Assembly: GCA_964016885.1 (NCBI GenBank)
Contig: OZ024742.1
Coordinates: 109,058,001-109,122,000 of the forward strand
Direction: 5' to 3'
DNA from: Eledone cirrhosa
Taxonomy: Eukaryota
Length of the DNA: 64,000 nt
Shown: positions 56,643 to 64,000 of the stretch, piece by piece
Layout of the letters: every line of letters starts with the position of its first letter
Position numbering within the stretch: position 1 is the stretch's first letter
Notes under the pieces: model-generated
Seen by the model: only the letters and a program-made list of their open reading frames with translations
The model's database searches: none
Told to the model about the DNA's origin: nothing
Program-made: the position numbers and the translations under genes

Positions 56643-58074
56643 GTGCGCGCGTGCGTGCGTGTGTGCGTGTGTGTGTATTTATGTATATATATATATATGT
56701 ATGTGTGTGTATTTATGTATATATATATATATGTATGTGCGTGTATATATGCATATATGATATATGTATGTAAGTATTTTTGCTTTTTGTCTGTTTATGA
56801 CCTGTTACTTAATGGTTTGACAAAAATGAAATCGATATAATAAGTCTCAGGCGTAAAAAAATAAATACTTGTATTGATATGATTGACTAAATGAAAATAA
56901 TGCCTCAGCATGGTTACACTTTAATGACTGAAACAAGTGTAAGAATAAAAAAATATGTGAACCAGTAGCAAATTTCGATGACGTACTTCCGGAATACTTA
57001 TTGCTAGTTAATTGTCACTGGTTCCTATTTAATGTTTGTTGACATAATTTTCATTTGACTCTACCCAAACATATATCGCCAAAATATTGTGGCATGTGTT
57101 TTAAACTTCCATCGAATCCGATGATGAGTGTTCCTGTTGTTCGAACAATTGAAAAGGTTGCTAATGAAATAAACGCACAAATAGGTGGGTATTCTACAGA
57201 CTCGTGTACCCTTAACGTAGTTTTCAAGAAGATTCGGCGTGACAAAGCTAGCTCTCTGAGTTACAGGGCCAACTCAGTTTAGCAAGCTGACTGAATTTGA
57301 GCAATGTGAAATAAAGTGTCTTATTCAAGGACAATTTATTTCACATTGCTCCAGTTCAGTCAGCTGACAAAATCGAACTCACAATCATACGATTGTATGC
57401 CAAACACCGTAACCACTAAGTCAATATGAATGGCGAAGTGCTTATCTATTCAACTTGCGAAAGATTTTGCTATGTTTACCATAACAGATAGCGGGAAAAG
57501 GTGTAACAATTAATAATATGATGTATTTTCATTTTTGAGGAGCGTGAGTTGGGATAAGGTTAATTTCATGTGTGAATTCGCTTATTTCTAGTTGCGGCGT
57601 TATAGTAAGGAGCTTTTCTATCCAGGACCAGATTTATAGCGGGGCATACGGGGCATTTGCACCAAGCACATCCACCAGTCGAGATGGGGGGTATCGGTGG
57701 GCTGGGGGCTAACAAGATAAATGTGCCTTGGGACATGGAAAGGCGTTTTATTTTTTAGACACCACAGAACAATATTTAAAATAAGTATTTAATGTCAATT
57801 CATCGAAATTTCTCTACTTTAGCGACATCAGATGGTTGTTGTAGAAGGTAAAGAAGTTTGCAAGAATATAGCGTATATGTGTATGTGTGCATGTGTGTGT
57901 ATGGGTGTATTTATAAATATATATATATATATATGGGGGGGGGGTATGCTTGTGTATGTGTGTTTTATGTATATTCTTAGCAGTCAATTGTCAATTTCCA
58001 AGATTAGTGATATGAACTTTTGACCTGTATTATTTGAAAGAATGGTAGGATTCATCTTTCTTTCTTTCTTTCTT

Positions 58075-58130
<56 letters not shown>

Positions 58131-58419
58131 ACTCTCTCTTTCTTACTCTCTCTCTCTTCTTTTTATTTATCTTTTACTACCTCTTTGTTGTGTTTAAGAC
58201 CGCAAAATCTCATCTCAAAGTAGTTGCTATCGAAACATGTAAGTTCATTTTATCTTGACTCCCTCAAGAAGTTGCTGAAGTAACTGAAATCAGTTACTAC
58301 AGCAACTGTTTTTTTTTCTGGCTCTTCTTATTTTGTATTGATATGTATCTTAACATTATAAACATTTTATATGATCTCAATAATCCCGTATACCAATAAC
58401 CAACGTTGGAATAAGATTT

Positions 58420-58526
<107 letters not shown>

Positions 58527-58964
58527 TGAATATATGAGAGGGATGAACGCCGATACAAGTATACATGTGTTCGAATTGCAAATGACCAAGTTAGCTAGGT
58601 TGAAAAATACTAATTTAAAACAATATGGTTTGCCTGTCTCGATTTAAAGTAATAAATCAATAAAATTAACAAACCTATATCGGGCAACTCCCGTTTAATA
58701 CCCGGACAATTGTATTACACGGCTCGGAAAGATTCCCTTCCTTGAGCTATTTAATTGTAAAAGACTATTTTGAGTTTCTAACTCAATATATGATATATAT
58801 ATATATATATATATATATACGTAAACTCATATATCTGAGATGTCGAAGAAGAGTCGGGCTTCGATTGCCTTTATCACACCCGAGCTTACCGATATTGAAA
58901 CAATTGTAATATGCAAATAAAGTTTCTACACAAGCTGCAAATTTGACTTTATATTATATTATTT

Positions 58965-59069
<105 letters not shown>

Positions 59070-59099
59070 AGATCAAAAGATGGTTAAAAGAGTTCCAAG

Positions 59100-59170
59100 T
59101 ATTTTATTGTGCGCATTTCAAAAACAAATATCATCATGGGATGATATCTGCGTTCTTATCAGATAAAATA
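59100..59170 (-). ncRNA. Degenerate hammerhead ribozyme motif
   Basis: tattttat-CTGATAA-helix II-GAAA-tgcgca-CA-ataaaata; two core substitutions. Confidence 0.65.
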
Positions 59171-59476
59171 GGGAGACATGATATCAAGATTAAAAAACAC
59201 TTGTGAGCAGTGAAGTTTTAAATCAACATAAACTCATAAAACTCACGTAAGATGTGGGAAAAATAATTCAAACTCAATTCAAAAAGAATCAGGATATAGA
59301 TTTATCCAACAGAATTTAGTGAAATCCAAGGAAAAATCAATAGACCCTTAACTCATGATATATATATAATTAAAGGTTAAACAAGGTTCAATGAATAGAT
59401 CAATGAATAAAGTTTCACAATAGATTAGAAGCACTCCACAGTAGGAGTTCTGGAGTTATTAATATTACTTCAAAAT

Positions 59477-59648
59477 TTGGCAGTATCGGTAGAGGGTCGG
59501 ACGCCATGCTTTCCAGCATAGTTACGTCTCTTTATGATCTGAGTTCAAATCCCGCCGAGGTTAACTTTGCCTTACGGGGTCGATAAAATAAAGTACCAGT
59601 AATGCACTGGGATAATTGCTGGCCTTGTGCCTAAAGTAGAAACAATTA
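59477..59648 (+). mobile_element. Meta-domain SINE
   Basis: Family consensus match. Confidence 0.85.
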
Positions 59649-59677
59649 ATAAATATAGACATTCATATGATCAAATA

Positions 59678-59743
59678 TATTTTATTATACATATTTCAGA
59701 GGTACTGAACTATTTCAACAGTACGTCCTCATCAGATAAAATA
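59678..59743 (-). ncRNA. Type I hammerhead ribozyme motif
   Basis: tattttat-CTGATGA-ggacgtactg...cagtacctct-GAAA-tatgta-TA-ataaaata; perfect 8-bp helix I. Confidence 0.82.
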
Positions 59744-60299
59744 AGTTGATGCTTGATATACCTTGACTATGTTGATGGTTACAATTCAGTCATGGCAGTG
59801 AATTAGTTATGGCAAAACTCAATATTTATATACCTTAAGTTGAAACATGAAAACATTACATATAATACAGAGGGTGCGTATGAGAATGTATATAAAGATA
59901 CATAATAATAAATAACTAATAATATATAATATAATATAAACCTATATAACTGTTAAAAATTAAAATAATTTAAATAAAATAAGATATGGATGACGCATTA
60001 TTGCAGATAGAGGAAGTGAAAGATGGAGAGAGTAACTGATGAAGAAAGAGAGAATGACGAGAAAGATACATGATCATATGCACGAAATATGATCAAAGGA
60101 TAGAGAGAAGAAGAGAGAAATAAGTTTAATAGTATAAACACAGGGAGGAAGACTTGTATTGTATATATATATATACATATATGCTTCGTTTTTATATTAG
60201 TTTTGCGTGTGTTCAAACAGATATTGTTACACTTGGGGCCGGTCAGAGTGTACAAAAGAACCAAGGCTAAATGGATGAATATTATAGAAAATTATGAAT

Positions 60300-60830
60300 G
60301 TGACTTGTCCTATATATACGACCAAATTTTGGAATAGGATAGAGAGAATTAAGAAGACGAGGATATAAGATCAACTCATGGTATGAGAATAACATTCACC
60401 AGAGTGTAATGTTCATGAATGCTATCCATATTGGTGAACTAGCATACAGGATTAGAAGGGCTCTAGACAAATTAAAATTAAATATCAAGATAGTAGAAAA
60501 ATCAATTATTCCCATAAAAGCCCTCATTAGCAGATTGCACCCTTTCAAGAAACACAGATGCACCGATAGAAAATGCATAGTCTGTAGATTAAGCCCACGG
60601 ATAAACTGAAAAACTAGGAACGTAGCATATAGCATAAGATACGTGGAGAGATAATGTAAGAATAGGACTACAGCATATATAGGTAAGACAGCCTGTAAAA
60701 TAGGGAAAAGAATGAAAGAATACTGGCGAGAACTCCAAGATGAGAAAATCTCATCGAGATAATATTTATGCTTATACAGAACAGATGCAATGCTCCGACA
60801 GATTACTGAATCTACAAACATAAACAAAGA
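60300..60830 (+). pseudogene. Decayed Penelope-like GIY-YIG fragment, same family as 25202-25804
   Basis: GELAYRIRRALDKLKLNIKIVEK; CTDRKCIVC; KTRNVAYSIR; YIGKT; multiple stops. Confidence 0.85.
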
Positions 60831-61538
60831 TTACATTTGAAGAATAAAAACAGATATCTTGATTCCCTTAAAATGAAAGAGATCAACTAAGTGAGATGAA
60901 TGAAACCAAGTCAACTCTAGACAAATTCTATGTATTTGAACCGGGTTGATGCTAATTTGTGTGTGCTTCGTATATTTATATATTTATTCTTTATGTAAAA
61001 TGCTAACCGATTGCTTACGCCTGCTACTGCTTCTTAAAAAGATTTCCATTCCTGCAAATCTAATAACAAATTTTATTATAGCTATATAACGAAAATTAAT
61101 AACAAAATTGTAAATAAATAATAGATAAGTAATGTCATGTACTTAAGCCTACTTACTACCACTTATTAGATAATTTTCCACTCCTGTAAGTCACACAACA
61201 AATATTACTCTAACTGTACAAGAATACAACTAACAACATTGTAATTAGTAATGACGTAAGAATTGTAACTCAACCTATAATTTTGCACGGTCTAACAACT
61301 CCATGTACATAAAAAAAAAAATTTGATTGATTGCTCTACGCTCACTATTTTGAAATGATATATATTCTTGAAACAATTTGAAATTGGTAAACATGATTCT
61401 TTCCCACAGTTTCCTGAAGATATGCGAGTTATAGCTATGATGTATTATGTTGATAATTGACAATTAGTAATTTCCAGTTGTTTTGCATTTACATGTACCA
61501 TTGTAACTGTATTGAAACGGACGTAAAAACAAAATAAT

Positions 61539-61751
<213 letters not shown>

Positions 61752-62421
61752 TATTTGTATAACATATATATGCCAACATAAATAATCGAATGTATAAGAT
61801 GAAATATTTAATGTGGTACTAAAGTAAATAAAGACACACACACACGTACTCACAGACATAGGGTAGATTAAAGAAAATAAGCCGAAAGCGTATATTTCTG
61901 AGGTAGTAGAGGGAGGGAGTATGAGTTTTACCATTATTCCAATATATGGAATCATTATTGTAGATATTGCCAAATATTTAGAACAAAGACAACATTATGT
62001 GTAATATAATGTATTGAAAAAATAAAATTAAATATTGAAGACAGACACAAAACAGCCATCAGCTTATCTGCCACTAACTCATGGAGTCCTGCGTATGTAG
62101 TTTATACGTGTGTGTGTGTCAGATTTGTGTGTATGAGTGTGAGTATGTATATGGAGGTATGTATGTGTGTAAAAGCGCACACACATATATGTATAGGTGT
62201 ATGTACCTCTCGCTCTCTCTCTATATATATGTATATGCATACACACATATGCGTGTGTGTGTGTGTGTGTGTGCGTGTGTGAAAATCAAAAAAGTAATAG
62301 CAAACCCTCGAGTTGTTTGATGGACAATAACTAACGTCCGAAATATGATGTCTTGCTATCGATCTGTTCGGAAAACTGATCGAAGTGCGTTAAAAAACTA
62401 ATGGCCTCTCGTCTACCCAGC

Positions 62422-62460
<39 letters not shown>

Positions 62461-62899
62461 AAGAGATAAGGAAAGAATAACGACATTAACAGCAACAACA
62501 ACAATAACTATAACAACAATGACGACCACTATCATAAAACTTTTATAGTCATGATAAATATATTTTATAGTCATGGTAAATATATTTTAGCAAAAAATAA
62601 ACAAATAAAATAAATAATAACTAAAGTAATTAAAAATTAATTAAAAGGAAAGAATGTTTTAGAAACAGACAATAACGAATCAGATTGGAAGTTTTATTTA
62701 ATATTTTCAAACATTTTGACAAGAGAATGACAATGAAATCATCTCGTCAAGCGATAGAGAGCTTTCACGTGACTGCTCAATATGTTAGCAATAGTAGCTA
62801 AATCTACCTCTAGCAACGGACGTACTACCTTAACCAGTAGCTGATTAAGCTTGTCTGGTGCGTCTGGCGGAAATTTTCAAGAGGATCACTGTGTATTAT

Positions 62900-63080
62900 A
62901 TTGGCAGTATTAGTAGAGGGTCGGACGCCATGCTTTCCAGCATAGTTACGTCCCTTTACGATCTGAGTTCAAATCCCGCCGAGGTTGACTTTGCCTTTCA
63001 TCCTTACGGGGTAGATAAAATAAAGTACAAGTAATGCACTGGGTAATTGCTGGCCTTGTGCCTAAAGTAGAAACAATTAT
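62900..63080 (+). mobile_element. Meta-domain SINE
   Basis: Family consensus match. Confidence 0.85.
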
Positions 63081-64000
63081 TTATGGCAGCAAAAATATTA
63101 AATTTGGGACCATATTGTGGTGGCATTTTGATACCATACTATCCTTGCTTCTACTCTCTATTCTAAAGTGTTTATATCTATCTAAAAACCATTCATCATA
63201 ATTTTATAGAACATTTGTTACGTTCCAAACAGTAGCTTAATAGTGAGCAAGTTATATTACTAAATCTCTCAAAATTCTTGATTATTTTCAAAATTCCATG
63301 AACTTTATAAACAGTGCTTTTCATTAGAAGTAGGATAACGTAGAGGTTAAAAATTGGCGTTGTCCTGATACGTGGCGTGTCTTAGGCATTTTAAAGAGAT
63401 TGCGAGAGAGAGTGAGAGCGAGAGACATGGGATAGAGAGATCTAGAGGAAGAATTGACATCCAATATAGGACTGGTACTTTATTTATCGAGTTTTAACGG
63501 ATGAAAGGTAATGTTGACATCAGCAGGATTCAGCGGAATTCAGAACGCAGTGAGGCGGAAGAAAGACCGAGCCATTTAATCCGACGCTCTAACCACTCTA
63601 ACCAATCTAACCACTCTAACCACTAACCATTCTAACAAAATGATAAAAGAAAATGTTAAAGAGAAATAGCGACAATCATAATTTCTAAAAGAGAAGAATT
63701 AAAGTGACTCAATACTTTATTGGTAATGAATTTATCGACCCCAGAAAAACGAAGAGCAAAGTAGACCATGCAGAATTTGAACTCAATGCAAATGAATATG
63801 AAAACAATACCACCCAGCAAGCGCTTAAAGGACATTTCTCCTTACTGAAACAGCGGGGCCCAACGACAGGTTTAATCATACTTACCATGGGCTCCTTGTT
63901 TGAGGCAATGTTTTCCAACTGGATGCTCTTCCTAGCTGTTCCTAACCCTTTTAGTCGCCTCTTACAACAATAAGAACAAAACTAATTTTTTAAACGGAAC

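Noticed and set aside
60601-60612. TGA at a conserved Cys of a Penelope protein (possible selenocysteine)
   Set aside because: The same copy has other stops (TAA) and deletions, and the sister copy at 25202-25804 has Cys; best explained as decay

Overview
Eukaryotic, repeat-saturated DNA, most likely from a cephalopod (octopus-like). This is inferred from the very long (TA)n/(CA)n tracts, tRNA-headed CORE and Meta-domain SINEs, and abundant RTE and Penelope-like elements. Only one host CDS is supportable: an intronless ankyrin-repeat/SOCS-box (ASB-family) ORF at 37956-38801. The first ~31 kb holds eight near-identical copies of one young RTE-clade LINE, all embedded in (TA)n tracts. One copy (14568-18294) is essentially full length. 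Its single ORF carries a complete C4HC3 PHD finger inserted inside the RT domain, and its 5' UTR has a candidate HDV-like fold. Several Penelope-like (GIY-YIG) remnants are present, plus a set of type I hammerhead ribozyme motifs with palindromic helix III (three with intact cores, several decayed). Also present: a TAA-flanked R4/Dong-type RLE LINE, a decayed BovB-like RTE, a decayed Tc1/mariner, MITEs, SINEs and minisatellites. Most ORFs in the supplied track are microsatellite or antisense artefacts. All coordinates were read by eye, and element ends are approximate.
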